Assembly: GCA_050084985.1 (NCBI GenBank)
Contig: JBITNC010000002.1
Span: 5,518,001 to 5,582,000 of the forward strand
DNA: 64,000 nucleotides
From: Nageia nagi
Lineage: Eukaryota > Plantae > Pinophyta
Reading direction: 5' to 3'
A program made the position numbers and the translations under genes. Under the pieces are notes generated by a model. It had not been told where the DNA came from. It saw only the letters and a program-made list of their open reading frames with translations, and did not search any database. How positions within the stretch are numbered: the stretch's first letter is position 1; each line of letters opens with the position of its first letter. Shown here piece by piece: positions 1-13,505 of this stretch.

Positions 1-3000
1 TATTGTAGCGTATCTGCACTCCTCCATTCCAAACTTCTACAAGATGTTTGATATATACTTAGAGTGATTAAGGTAAGTACAATCCTTGTATTGATACACT
101 TGCATTTCAAGATAATAGTGTAAGAGACCAAGATCAATCATTTTAAATATTTCTTTAAGTTTGGATATGCACTTTTGAATGATTTCATCATTATTTCCAA
201 TAATCAAAAGATCATCCACATAAAGGAGAATCAAGACCACATATGTTCTTTATTTGAGCACATATAGATTGAAGTTAAAAAATACTTAGAGAATCCAATG
301 TCTGTAAAGTACCCTAAAATATTTCTATATCAGGCTCGAGGTGCTTGCTTAAGTCCATACAAAAACTTCTTTAACTTGTACACAAAGGACTCTTTACCTT
401 CCACAATAAACCCTTCTAGTTGACTCATGAATATTTCTACATCTAATTCACCATTGAAAAATGCACTTTTGACATCAAGTTAAAAAACTTTCCATCCTTA
501 AGCTATAAAAAGAGTAAGGATAACTTTTACAGTAGGCATCTTTGCCATGGGAGCAAAGGTTTTTTCATAATCTATACCATATTTTTAAGCAAAACCTTTA
601 GCTACTAACCTTACCTTGTATTTCTCAATATCTCCTATTGAATTGAACTTGACCTTGTAGATCCATATATTGCCAATCAAATTCTTTTCATTGGGATAAG
701 GAACCAAGTTCCAAGTTTTATTTTTTATAAGCACATCATACTCAACTTTTAAGGCTTCCATCTAGCACTCGTGCTTAAAATCTTCTTTGAAGGTTGAGGG
801 CTCATGCTTGTTATCAATTTTGGCAATTAAAGATTTGTTCAAGGTCATGCTCTTTGTTACCCTTTGTGTTAGAGAATTTTATTCTTAAGGTGACTTATCT
901 ACATCAATATCCAACTAGTTAGGAGTAACTGAAGAGTCCTCTATATCATCAACATCCTTGTTAGAAGTAGATTCTTCAAGAAGTTCATTGAACTTTACAT
1001 TCTTTGAAATGAACACTGCTTTATAGGTTGAAGAGTAGAGCTTGTAGCCTCTGTGCTAATTTTTATAACCCATAAAGATGCATTTTTTAACTCTTTTATC
1101 CAACTTCTTCTTTTTTTCAGAAATAATGTAGGAGAAAGCTTCACAACCAAACACCCTAAGGTAAAAAATGTTAGGTTTTCTTTCTAACCATGTCTCAAAA
1201 GGAGTTTTATGCTGAACAAATTTTGTGGAACACTTATTTAAGGTGTAAATAGTAGTTCTCATAGCTTCACCCCATAAGAACTTAAAAATATTACCCAACA
1301 TGCATCTAGCCATGTCCATAATTATTCTATTTTTCTTTTTGGCAACATCATTCTATTGAGGAGTGTAAGGAATCATAAATTGCCTCTTGATTCCATACTT
1401 AGCATAATAGTTATTTAACTCATTGCTATTATATTTTCCTTCATTATATGATCTCAACATCTTAATTTTAAAGTTAGTTTGATTTTCAACAAAGGCCTTA
1501 AAAACTTTAAAACTTTTAAAGGTTTGATCCTTGTGCTCAAGTAGATACCTAAAGGTCATCCTACTAAAGTCATCAATCAAGGTCAAGACATAATATGCTC
1601 TTCTAAGTGACTTAGTCTAAAATGAACCCATCAAATCTAAATGCACAAGTTGAAGAGGTTGAGATGTTCTTATTGCCTTATCTTTTTCAAACTTTTATCT
1701 ATGCATTTTGCCAAGAATGCACTTCTCGCATAAACTAATTGAAGGAGAAATTAAAGGCAAACCTTCTACAAGTTCTTGGTCTTTCATAACTTGAATACTC
1801 TTATAGTTAAGATGCTCTAAATGATTATACCAAAGATTACCTTTAGAACACACATTAGAAGCAAGACATATCTTTGATGGTACTTGATCCACAATATAGA
1901 GGTTATCTTTCATTGATTTTTTAACCAAAGGATTGAAATTTGAACTCAAAAGAGTACCATTTTTTTAAAAACTTGGATCATGGAGAAAAGGTTCATCTTT
2001 AATTTAGGAACATAGAGAACATTTTCAAGAACCTTTCTATGAATTAGCACACTCCTAATTCTTTGGACTTCAAGGGTAGAGTTATCACTTATCACAACTG
2101 CATCCTTATTATACTTGTAAAAGTTCTTAAACTTTTCCTTTTCAAAGCATAGGTGATTAGTGCAACTAGAGTCAACAATCCATTCAGATAAAAAAGTGCA
2201 AGATATAGAGTAGAGTATCACAGTAAAACTAGCATGAGTATTTTTCTTTCCTTTACAGCTCTTTAAATTTCTATTATCTTTGTACTTTTTTTCTCTATTA
2301 TTTTTGTAACAATCAACTTCTTTATGACCTTGAATACCATAATAGTTACAATTTTCATCAAATTTTTCCTTAGGATAAGGAGTGTTTACTTTGCCTTTTC
2401 CATCTTTTTACTTAAAATGATTGTTGTTACTGTTGTTATTGCTGCTATGGTAGCCACTGCCTCTTTTTTCAAACCTTTTGGAGGAAGAAGGGTAAGATTT
2501 CTTTTGATGGTTTAACTTCTTCTTGAAAAGAGTTTTAATTGCTCTAAGAGTAATGTTATTATCTTAAGGAGAAAAAATTGACCCTTTGTTATTAAGAATT
2601 TCCTCATACTTCAATAGGTTCCTTGAAAGATTCTCAAGGGATATGACTTCTTCTTCATCATCAAGCCTTGTTTCCATAACTATTACAAAGTTTTCAAACT
2701 TTTAAGAGAGGCTTTGAAGAATGATAAAGACCATGAACTCATCATTGATCTAATTGCATCCACAAGCAATAAGTTAGGTTTTTAGGTTAATGATTTTGTT
2801 CAGGTAGATAGCCACATTTTCATCTTCCTCTTAACGAGATCGAAGTAACTTTTAGAGAATGGTAAACTTTCTTGAAAATTTTGAACCAAGGTAGATTTGC
2901 TTTAGCTTATCCCATGCTTCTTTTGCTAAGGTTGAAAAGGATATCATCAAGAGCACATCATTTAAAATTGCATGGTAAATCATGGAGGTTGCTAACTCAT

Positions 3001-3166
3001 TTTTTATGTTATAAGTCTCTAGTGTCGTCTCATTTGTAGGAGGTACCATGTTTTCATTCATTGTTTACCATATCTTTCTTGCGTGTAATTCAGCTTTCAT
3101 CCGAGGTTCTCAAATCCCATAGTTGGAACCATCAATAATGTGTTTGGGTAAAAAGGATTCTCCCAT
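1..3166 (-). pseudogene. Disrupted gag-pol of copia A
   Basis: ORF fragments 2852-3061, 1946-2221, 1695-1949, 1353-1586, 1056-1319 and 37-240 fall in copia order gag-PR-INT-RT. Confidence 0.92.
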
Positions 3167-4099
3167 TTGCTACATAAGAATGTGAACTAATAAGCATATG
3201 GTTTCAATAATCAACATTAAATATTAATTTTTAACCAAGTAAATAATACATGTTACAATTAACACTAAAGACATGCTTAATTTGATTCACAAATGTAAAT
3301 GTCCAATTCAAATAATACCCATGTACCCAAATACATTTCTCATCTCAAGAATCGTAGATGTAAAGTGACATTGTTGAGGCTTATTTTCTTATCTAAAATT
3401 AAGCCTTCACCTAGATGCCCACATAAGAGGAGCCCAAGTCCTACCAATCCTCAACCAATTCTTCTTGGGTAGCAATATACTCTCATAAGGAGAAGTACTA
3501 GCTATTTTCTAAGGTTTCAACATTTATTGGATCGACTAAATTATTAATTTTGATTAGATTTCAAGTTATCCTCCTAGGTTATCAAGATAATCCTTAAATG
3601 GACATGCAGATGTGTGCTATCACCACACACATATCTTACCACCTATTGGAGTTAAATCTAGATCAATAGAGAACTTAGGGGCAATTAAGTAGTATGAACT
3701 TTTCATCACTTGAATCATTGGACTTAAAAGCTCCAATCCATCTATTCTCACCTCATGGCTCCCCAAACAATTTACGTTGCAGAATATACATGCGGATGTA
3801 TTCATTTTATAGGGTTGCTCATATCAATGTTTGTGTTTTTATTTGCATAAGCAAATAAATCAAAGTATGAAACATGAAATAAAAGAGCATAAATATAACA
3901 TCATCCATTTATAACTTGAACCCTAAATGTCCAATGGATTTTGTTTACTAACCCCTAAAGAACATCATCAATCTTTATTTTGTACAAGTTTATTCCATAC
4001 TTTGCATAAGGAATCAAAAATGCATCATTCCCATTAAAAAATTAAGTAATAAGCATGCACCATTTGCATAAGTTCATTTATTAACCTTGCAAAAAAAAA

Positions 4100-4490
4100 A
4101 TGATAAATACTTAAGTGTAAGCATGCATTAATCCCATAACTTAAAAAATTGGGTATGCATCATTCCAACTTAAGTACTAAGCATGCATTATTAAAAAAAA
4201 TGTTAAGTTGTAAGTATAAACTTTAAATTTTTAAGTCCTTGAGCATGCATTATTTAACTTAAAAATTAAGTCCTAAGCATGCATCATTAACTTAAAATTT
4301 AAGTCCTAAGCATTTAACTTAAAAATTTAAGTAAAACATGCATTATTAACTTAAAAAATTTAAGTCCTTAGCATGCATAATTTAATTTAAAAAATTAAAT
4401 CCTAAGCATGCATCATTAAGTTAAAATTTAAGTCCTAAGCATTTAACTTAAAAAAGCATTATTAACTTAAAAAATTTAAATCCTTAAAAA
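4100..4490. repeat. Degenerate tandem repeat (taagcatgcatcattaacttaaaaattaagtcc-like) in the copia A leader
   Basis: Roughly ten imperfect copies visible by eye. Confidence 0.8.
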
Positions 4491-5825
4491 AAATTTAAAG
4501 TAAAAAAATTTCACAAATTTTTTCCCCTCCTTTTACTTTAAAATAACTCCTAAGATAGCATATTAATTTTGACTTAAAAATTAACAAATTATTCTTCTTT
4601 TCGCTTTACAAGAAAGATGATCAATACTCAATTAAGTAAGTGTAAAAAAATATGCAAGGTAATATTATTTTATATTACACTTACTTAAGTAAAGAGAAAT
4701 CATCATTAACTAACCTGTAATTCAAGCAAGAATTAAATGAAAAAAAAAAGAGATCTATACTCTATGTAAGAACATTTAATTCTTTTTAATCTTTTACTCC
4801 ACATTTAGGGAGTCCTCTTTAAAAGCAAAATTAATGCTAGTAAGTGCAAAAAAGTCAAAAAAAAAAAAAGGTGCTTCCCTCTTAAATATAATAAGAAAGT
4901 ATGAAAGGAAAGTAAAGAAATAAATGAGTCTGACCAAAGAGGGAAATGGACTCAAGTTGGGAGCCACATAGCAGTAAAAAAAATGCATAAAAATAAAAAA
5001 GCATGCGAGTAATTAAGTTGCAGTGGAGGGAGCACAAATGCACGTAGGAAGATCGCATGGAGAGGAGGAGTTGAGTAGTGAAGAGGGCTAGGCAAGAGGT
5101 CGCAGTAGCTTGTGGCCTGCCAGCAACATCATGACGATGGGGGGCGATAGGAGGTCACAGTGAGAGGCATAGATCATGCTCAATCTATGATTAATACATG
5201 ATGATAGATAGCCGCAGAGGAATCATGGAGGAGGAATGGCCATGGTAGAGGGGCTATGTTCATGGGAAGGGTTTCATAGGGGAAGTAAAGGTCGACCAAG
5301 AGAGGCCATGGTGGAGCAATCAACCAAGAGGGTGGAGGCCATAGGGTGACACACTGTGCAGAAGAAGAGGCCCCCCCTTTCCAGTATACTATGCTACCTA
5401 CGATGCCACTTAGGAGGGTTCTTTACTGCTGTCAAAATAAAAAAACTTGCAAAAAAGGTTGAAGGGAGGCTGCGAGGTTGAAGGGAGGCCGACTGTGTGG
5501 CAATGGAGGCTATGGGAGGCTGCGGGAAGGATTGCAGTGAGACGTCTTTCAATGCAAAAGGATGACCACATGGTTTTTATTTTTGATAGCCCGCCATGGC
5601 TATTCTCCAAGCTGCCGGAAGGGAAGACTAATTCAAATAGAATAGACCCCCTTGCAAGTAAAAAAATATATAAATTTTTAATCTGCCAAGGTTTAACAGA
5701 GCTGCCCACCATATTTTAATTAAAATATATATATATACCAAATGTTGGGTATGGAAAAACTCAAATCTACTTGACAAGAATTTCTATAAATATATATATA
5801 AACAAACTTTTATTGAAAATTTGTT

Positions 5826-5929
<104 letters not shown>

Positions 5930-6289
5930 TCAAACTCTTTGATACAAAAAATTAAATCTCCAAATTAAAGATATGTAAAATTATAGGAGTATAATAAGCA
6001 ATTTTAAACTTGCAACTAACAATAGAAATTATTAGCATAAGTAAATGAAATTGCTTCACAATATATATCGCTCCTTTAAACAAATTTTGTTACATATATA
6101 AGAAAGGACTAACATAACACAAAATATGGTAGTAGTCCAAAAAGAAAGAAAGAAAGAAAAAGGTTATACTTTTGAAGCTCTTTTACCTCACAATGAAGTT
6201 TAGGATGAAGAATGAAGACCTCCAAGTTGAAGATGAGTTTCCAAACTAAGGATGTGAAGAGGAGCCTAAAAGGTGCTCTGATACCAAAT

Positions 6290-6793
6290 TGAAGGAACTA
6301 ACATTAACAAGATAATTTCTAATCAACCAAGATCACATGAAAGTTCTTAATTCACATCTAACAAACTCACAAACAAGACAATCTCACAAAGTAACTCAAG
6401 ATATAAAGTGATTCCTTCAACTAAGAGTATATTCACTAACTAGATCTTTACTTCAATCATAATTACAACTCTCTTACAATTCTTTTAATCTCAACTCCTA
6501 CACTTCTTTCCTATAGCATAACTTTACTCTACAATTGGTGTATGATCACAAAGAGGGAGCTTTCTATTTATAGGCCAAAATCTCTCTTTGGATTACCCTT
6601 TTATCCAATGTACAAAAGCATGATATGCACATCCTTTTACCCAAGGGGCATGCTCATGACATAGAGTGTAGGACAAGTTACATTATCATATTCACTTAAA
6701 TACTTAAGGTATCAAATGATACCTTTAAGTATTAGTGAATTTACATAGAAGATTTAATACAACCTTTACAATAATGCATTATACATTCCAACA
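6290..6793 (-). repeat. 5' LTR of copia A
   Basis: Begins TGTTGGAATGTATAATGCATTATTGTAA on minus, the same start as the LTR at 25663. Has a CCTATAAATAG TATA box and abuts the PBS. Confidence 0.88.
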
Positions 6794-7777
6794 CGCTCAC
6801 CATCGCAACCTTTACAATTTTACATAGTATAGAAGAATATACCTCTTTATATATATGCTTATCCTTGCACAAATATTTTAAGATGTGACAAAAAATTGCA
6901 ACCTTTACAATTTTTATGAAAATATAATGTAAAGAAAAAAAATTGCAAAACTTTTTTTTGAAACAAATTTCATAATAACAATATATTGTTGCTATTTTTA
7001 ACAAAATTTTCAAAAAAATAAATGTAACTAACATAGAGGTTAGTAAAAATTAAATATATTATTGCAATAATCTTAACCTATTATTATACCAAAAAAAATT
7101 TACAAATAAATATAAGCTTATTTGCAAAGAAAAGACTTAAATTAAATTTAAAAAATAAAAGCTAATTTTAACAAAATAAATTACAAAAAATAGCTTCAAA
7201 AAAGAGAGGATGAGAGTGAGAAACAAAAAATTATACCTCAATATGATTTTACCTCACAAGTTTGAAGTAAGAAGAGCCTCCAAGTAGGCTATGGTATCAA
7301 TTGAAGGAGATGAAACTCCTACACCCAAGATCACCTTGGAGTACTCTTCTTGCTTTAATTAACAACATAAGAGATAAACACTCAATCACACATGAGAGAG
7401 ACAATCATGTATAGTGGTTCCTCTCAAGGTGAGAGTACTCCACTTTAACTCAATATCTTTACTTCTCAAAGATAGTTCTTACAATGCTTACACCCTCTCT
7501 CTCTTCCTATCAACCTACAAGGCATGAGCATAACTTTGCTCTTATCAAGTGTGTTTTACAATAAGGCCAAGCTCTCTATTTATAGGAGAGAACCCCACCT
7601 TAACTCACATTAACTCACCTTTTTTATCAAATTTTTACATGAGGTTGAGTAAGGTCAAGTTGCACATATTTCATTCCTAAATACTAAAAATGTATTTATA
7701 AATACTTTTTGGTATTTGGATGAATTAAGTGAGACACTTTTTAGATACTAAACAATAATACATTAGGAATTCTAACA
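6794..7777 (-). mobile_element. Related copia 5' LTR (7302-7777), degenerate PBS and start of leader, truncated
   Basis: LTR starts TGTTAGAATT on minus and has a CCTATAAATAG TATA box. Decayed PBS near 7287-7299. Leader is similar to 5950-6270. Confidence 0.75.
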
Positions 7778-8268
7778 ACCATCTCCATCATTATCCTATT
7801 TTTCCTTTCGACAACACCATTTTGCTAAGAAATGTAAGGAATCGTAAATTGCCTCTTGATCTCGTACTTAGCATAATAGTCATTAAACTTATTGTTGTTA
7901 TATTCACCCTCATAATTATCTAATCTCAACATATTGATTTTAAAGTTAGTATGATTTTGAACTAAGGTCTTAAAATCTTTGAACCTATTAAAGGTTTGGT
8001 CCTTATACTCAAGTAGATAACCAAATATCATCCTACTGAATTCATCAATGAAGTTCAAGACATAAGATGCTCCCTCAAGTGACTTAGTTTGAAAAGGACC
8101 CATAAAATTTGAATGCACAAGTTGAAGAGGTTAGGTTTCCTTTATTGCATTATCTTATTCAAATCTTTTTCTATTATGGGTGAAATCAAATGCAAACCTT
8201 CCACAAGTCTTTTTTTCTTTCATGACTTGAATACTTTTGTGGTTAAAGTGCCCTAGACGTTGGTGGAT
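7778..8268 (-). mobile_element. Copia integrase fragment
   Basis: ORF 7825-8118 (GPFQTKSLEGASYVLNFIDEFSR) plus an HQRLGH zinc-binding motif; paralogous to 1320-1830. Confidence 0.88.
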
Positions 8269-9480
8269 ATGGAATATTATAACTTCCAAAATAATTCTTT
8301 CAGTGCACTTTATTTGAAATAAAAATTTGTGTAGATTTTTCTCAAACTATCCTCATTGGTTGTGCACATTTTTTTCTTCCCTAAGTTGGATGAATTTTTG
8401 GTGTGTACACATTCTTGTTGAAGTAGAGTTTGTAAACTCTCTCAACATTGGAATTGTTGTGCAGAAAATTCTCAAATTTTTTAGCTTGTGCACATTGGTT
8501 GGAGCAAAAGTTTTTAAACTTTCTCCACAAAATGTTATTGAGGATAATGCATTATTTATTCCTTTTGCATAAGTAATATCGTTTCTTGAAAAGGAAGTGT
8601 ACATTCCTCTCTACTTTGTAGAGCTTAGTAATTTGTTATTAAGAGGGTGTTTATTATTTAAAATAAAGGATTTTTTTATCTTTGTGGCACATATTGCATC
8701 TTGGCATCCTGTAAAAAGGATTAATTTTTTATTAGAAAAAGTCCCAAATGTATAGCATAATGCTTAAAGGAAATGCGCATATGTGTGGCTCAAAAGTGGC
8801 AATTATGGGTTCCATCTTTGAGGCCCATTGCCTTTTGCGGGTTCCATCATTGAAGCCCATCACTTTGTGTGGGTTCCCTCTTAAGGAGCCTTGTGTAGAT
8901 CTTTTATTTGCTACACATTTTATTTCCATGCGACTCCCTTCTTAAGCCTATGGGATTTTCTTTATCTTACCCATATGGTATTGTTTTTGCAATAGTCCCA
9001 CTATTTATTAAATAGTAGAATCACTATTTAATGAATAGTGTTCACCACACCTATTTGCTCTCTTCTCTCCTCCATATGCTCCTATCTTCGTTGAAGTTAT
9101 AGCTTTCTCATAGGAGTATTTTTTATTGCCTCTTTTATAGGCAAATTCATCATAAAATCCAAGCATTTCACGTAAACCCTTTTATTTTAGTTGGTGAATT
9201 TATTCTCTCAGAGGATTGTATGACTTCTTGTCATCACATGTGACTATAAGTATTGGCTTAGCATCTTCGTGATGAATTATAGTGCACTATTTGCCACATT
9301 TTTTCACTTCCATGTTTGGAAGTTAAATCCATGATGATGGATTGATTGCACATTGTTGGAAGTGAAAAAGATTCATCCTTTCTTCAACATTTAATCTTTG
9401 ATAAAAATTGCATCCTTTTTGGATGAATGCTATATTTTTTCATCATATACATCTTAACTAGTAGCATGGTTAAGATGAAC

Positions 9481-9650
9481 TCTTGACTCACTCTTAGTAA
9501 AGTCAAGCTTATTTATTATGGCATCTTGACTCACTCTTGGTAAATTCAAGCTTCTTTATTGTGGCATCTTAACTCACTCTTGGTAAATTCAAGCTTAATT
9601 ACCGTGGCATATTGACTCACTCTTGGTAAAGTCAAGTTTATTTGTGGTAC
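9481..9650. repeat. 43-bp tandem repeat, 4 copies
   Basis: gactcactctt(g/a)gtaaa(g/t)tcaag unit recurs at 9485, 9528, 9571 and 9614. Confidence 0.9.
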
Positions 9651-11399
9651 CTTATGGCCTTGTGTATCGTAATGTGGTAGTTAAGATGGCATTTTGTGAC
9701 TTGTGGCTAATTTTTTTTGCCTTTAAATCTTGACTTTGTGATTTGGTCAAGTAGGCTTTTTTGTGACTTAATCTTGAATTGATATGGCTTGTAAATCTTA
9801 CTTGATAATATTAAGGCTTGTGAATCTTAACGTTGTGGTTTGGTCAAGTTGGTCATCATGATTGCAAATGCAATAGTATAGATCATCATTCAAAAAGTTA
9901 GCATGAAGACCATGGAATATGGTCATATCCATGATAATGGAATATGAATCAATTATCAAGCTGAGTTAAAAGCAATGGTAATCAAAGAAGCTTATAAGAT
10001 TACAAATATTTAAATCATTAATCGAAAATGAAAACATCAAAGCATGAAAACTTAAAGGTTAATGTGAAAAAATGAGATAAGAAATTGCATTCTTTATTTA
10101 AGAAAAGGTTCTCGCTAACAAACCCAAGTGGGTGGAATTTATAACACATTTGGTGCATGATCTGGTGAATGGAAACTAGAATCAGATGAACTGGCATCAT
10201 CATCGAATGAGCTAGAATTTGACATACCTAATTCTAGAATTCCTTGATGAGAAAGAGGTGAAAAGTGGCAGACATAATCAAATTGGTGATGTAGAATCCC
10301 ATGATCACCACACCATGTAACATGAAAAGTGTACGTTGATACCATTATAGTGCATACCAATGGATTACCCATGCAATAGTGAGCAGTTCAAAATACTCCT
10401 ATGGATGCAGGGAAGGTAGTTCGATGTACTGTACAAATCATAAAAGATGTGAATTGAATGGTGTACGGATCATGATGCGCCATGACCAATCAGGTCAACT
10501 AACCACATGAAAGAATAAGCAAACATGATCCTCATGATCAATATGAAGGATCATGCAAGTGCTAAATTTTTCATCAGGGTAGGATTGTATAAAAGCTAAT
10601 TGTTGTTGCATCCGAATCGTACAGGTGATAAAGGCACAATGAGCTAAAATTGCATGAATTTTTTGATGCACTATGTTGTCCTGGAGCTCAGTCGATGAGG
10701 CATGAAATTGAGAAAAATCCATGAAGGATAATTAAGGACTCTACCCAAAACCATAAATGAAAAGTGTAGATCACTTACAACTATGTATAAGAAGAAAGGT
10801 TCCATATTGTCAAAATATCATAATTGTGATTCTAAAAGTTGACAAAATCATTGGGACAATAGATTCATGAAGATAAATGAAAATATTGCACCATCCTTCA
10901 TTTATTATCATACGTGTTTTGATGAGACATGTAATGACCAAGTAATGGTATCTTTGTACTATCTCTTTCTCTCATCTTGACTATTTAGTATTAAATGGGA
11001 TAATTTAATCATGAACAATAGGTTAATCATCATAGATCCCAAAGAGAATCTCTTCGCAAACATGGGGAGTCCTCTAAATTTTGGCAAGGAGATGAATATA
11101 TGGGTAGACATAGAAAATGCCTACCTATGCCATGAACTAGCTACGATAAAAGTCAAGATGGAAATAATGGCTCATAAATACAACATGCTGAAAAGAGAAA
11201 AGGTTGTATGTGTACAATCTTGGAATTAAATTATGGTCAAGTAAAATGAATTTCTCACTAAGAAAACTATGTGGGCACAACAAGCAAAAGAGAAAGAGAT
11301 GCAAATTAGGCGTGAGGCCAACTCTTACTGCCACGGGATGCGACATTTAAAAGAAAAGTGGAAGAGAAGGGCCTCCATATATAATAATATATTCACCAT

Positions 11400-12915
11400 T
11401 ATGGTATTAGCATTCCATATGAGAAAATTGATGACGTAAAACATTTCAAACCTTCTATGGGTCCTGAAGAAGCCGGATCACATTCTTTGTTATTGAAAGC
11501 GGATGCTCTAGTCTAGAATGGCCTTTTCTACTCAAAATCCAACAAAGCCCCTTTTTGAAGTTAGATTTGTGAAGTTGCCCTCAAGGGGGAGTGTAAATCT
11601 GAATTCTTGTTGAATTTGTATGTGTGTGATGTGACCTTCACCCCCAAGAGGATTAATTGGTTGTATAGTGTTGAGCTTATTTATGTTTGTTTGTACACAT
11701 TATGTATATGTACTTTTTATAGTCCTCCATATAAGAGGAGCTTATTTATGCACTTTATTTCATTTCGATACTTTGTTCTCCATTTGTGATGATTTGTATA
11801 CTTTAAGCATATAATGAAAGCACTGTTTAGTAATATATGTGTGTGCATGTTTATATACATCATGTATCTATGATTCTGATTGAAATTTGATCAGTATTTG
11901 GATGGAATTTAACTTAAGTGATATATGATGCATGTAACTGATCATATGTATGAGTTGCCTATTGCTTGAGGTTTCTCTTCTTAAGATTACATTTTACTTA
12001 TTCCGGGTGTGCAGCTCATCGAAACATGTCAATATTTTGTTGAAGACTACTTCTTCTACAGATATGATGATCAATTTATGCATTTTCTATAGGATGCTAT
12101 AGAAAATACAAATCTACAAGAAGATGATCAACACAATTTGATAGTCTATTTCAAAGCTTGGAAATCTCTATTATCTCCATTCACATCCTCGTTTGTATTT
12201 TTAGGGGGAGAATTATTCTAGTTACGTATATTGTATCAACATTTTCAAGATTACATTAAGGGGGAATGTTGGAATTATAATGTAATTTGGAAATGGCTAG
12301 CTACATTGTATTTTGTAATATCATGGAATAATCCAACTTAAGTTAATAAGTGGATTATCCATGAAGGTTATTGTGGAACCTCACATAATATTATAATGGG
12401 GGTTTGTCCACATGGGCATGTAGGCCCATAGTGTAAGTGTACAATGTGATGTACACATGAATTATGTAAGAGCACAATTTAATATTGTGCATCATTTGAT
12501 TAGGTGGAGCACCCATGTGAAGAGTGGCCTACCCACTCAAATATAATATTTCTTAATGTAAATTCATTGTCAGTTAACCATAGGTGGTTAAGTTTACTAA
12601 CCAACTATGGTTAACTTAGAGTCCTGTAAAAGGACCCCATGAGTAGGAGAAAAACACACTTGGATACTTAAAGTTTAGAAGTTAGTTATATTAGAAGAGG
12701 TGTTAGAGTTTGTAGGAGAGTTAGTATAGTCTATTGTAAATAGCTATGAAGATATATAGAGATTTCCAAGTAAAGTGGATGTACTCCCTTAGTTGGAGGA
12801 ACCACTATATATCTTGTGTCAATTTAGTGTGATTGAATCTTTGTTCTTAGTTAGATGTATGCTTGCTAGATTTCATGGAGAACCCATAAGAGATCTTGGT
12901 TTATGGAATCCTTCA
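11400..12915 (+). mobile_element. 3' end of a copia-related element: RNase H relic, 3' UTR, PPT and 3' LTR (12267-12915)
   Basis: 11540-11700 resembles 24725-24890. PPT TTAAGGGGGAA directly precedes TGTTGGAATT, and the LTR ends ATCCTTCA. Confidence 0.75.
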
Positions 12916-12939
12916 ATTTTCATCATCATACTTCATTTT

Positions 12940-13505
12940 TATGGCTTCCATCCAACGTTCATACTTTGAAGCTTCTTTGAATGATGAGGGCTCATTCTTG
13001 CTATCAATTTTAGCAAACAAGGATTTATTTAAGATCATACTTCTTATTATCCTTTATGTTTGATAATTTTACTTCAGAGGTGACTTATCTACATTGATAT
13101 ACATCTAGTTAGGTGCAAAATAAGAGTCATTAATATCATTCAAGTCCTCACAAGAAGTAGATTCCTCAAGAAGTTAATTAAAATTTACATCCCTTGGGAA
13201 AAACATTACTTTGGAAGAAGGAGAGTAAAGCTTATAGCCTCTATACTAACTATGATAGCCTATAAAGATTCACTTTTTAGATTTCATGTCCATATTCTTT
13301 CTTTTCATGGAAAAAATAGTCATAGGCATCATAACCAAAAATCCTAAAGTTATATATATTAGGTTTCTTTTCTATCAATGCCTCATATGATATTTTGCCT
13401 TTAACTACTTTCGTAAGGGCACCTATTCAGTGTCTAGATTGTAATGATCACAGTGTGAACATTTTATTGAGGGGTGTAAGGGATCGTGAACTTCCTCTTA
13501 ATTAT
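12940..13505 (-). mobile_element. Copia integrase C-terminus / RT linker fragment
   Basis: Similar to 780-1390 (FTIPYTPQ, IFIGY, GYKLY). Confidence 0.8.
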
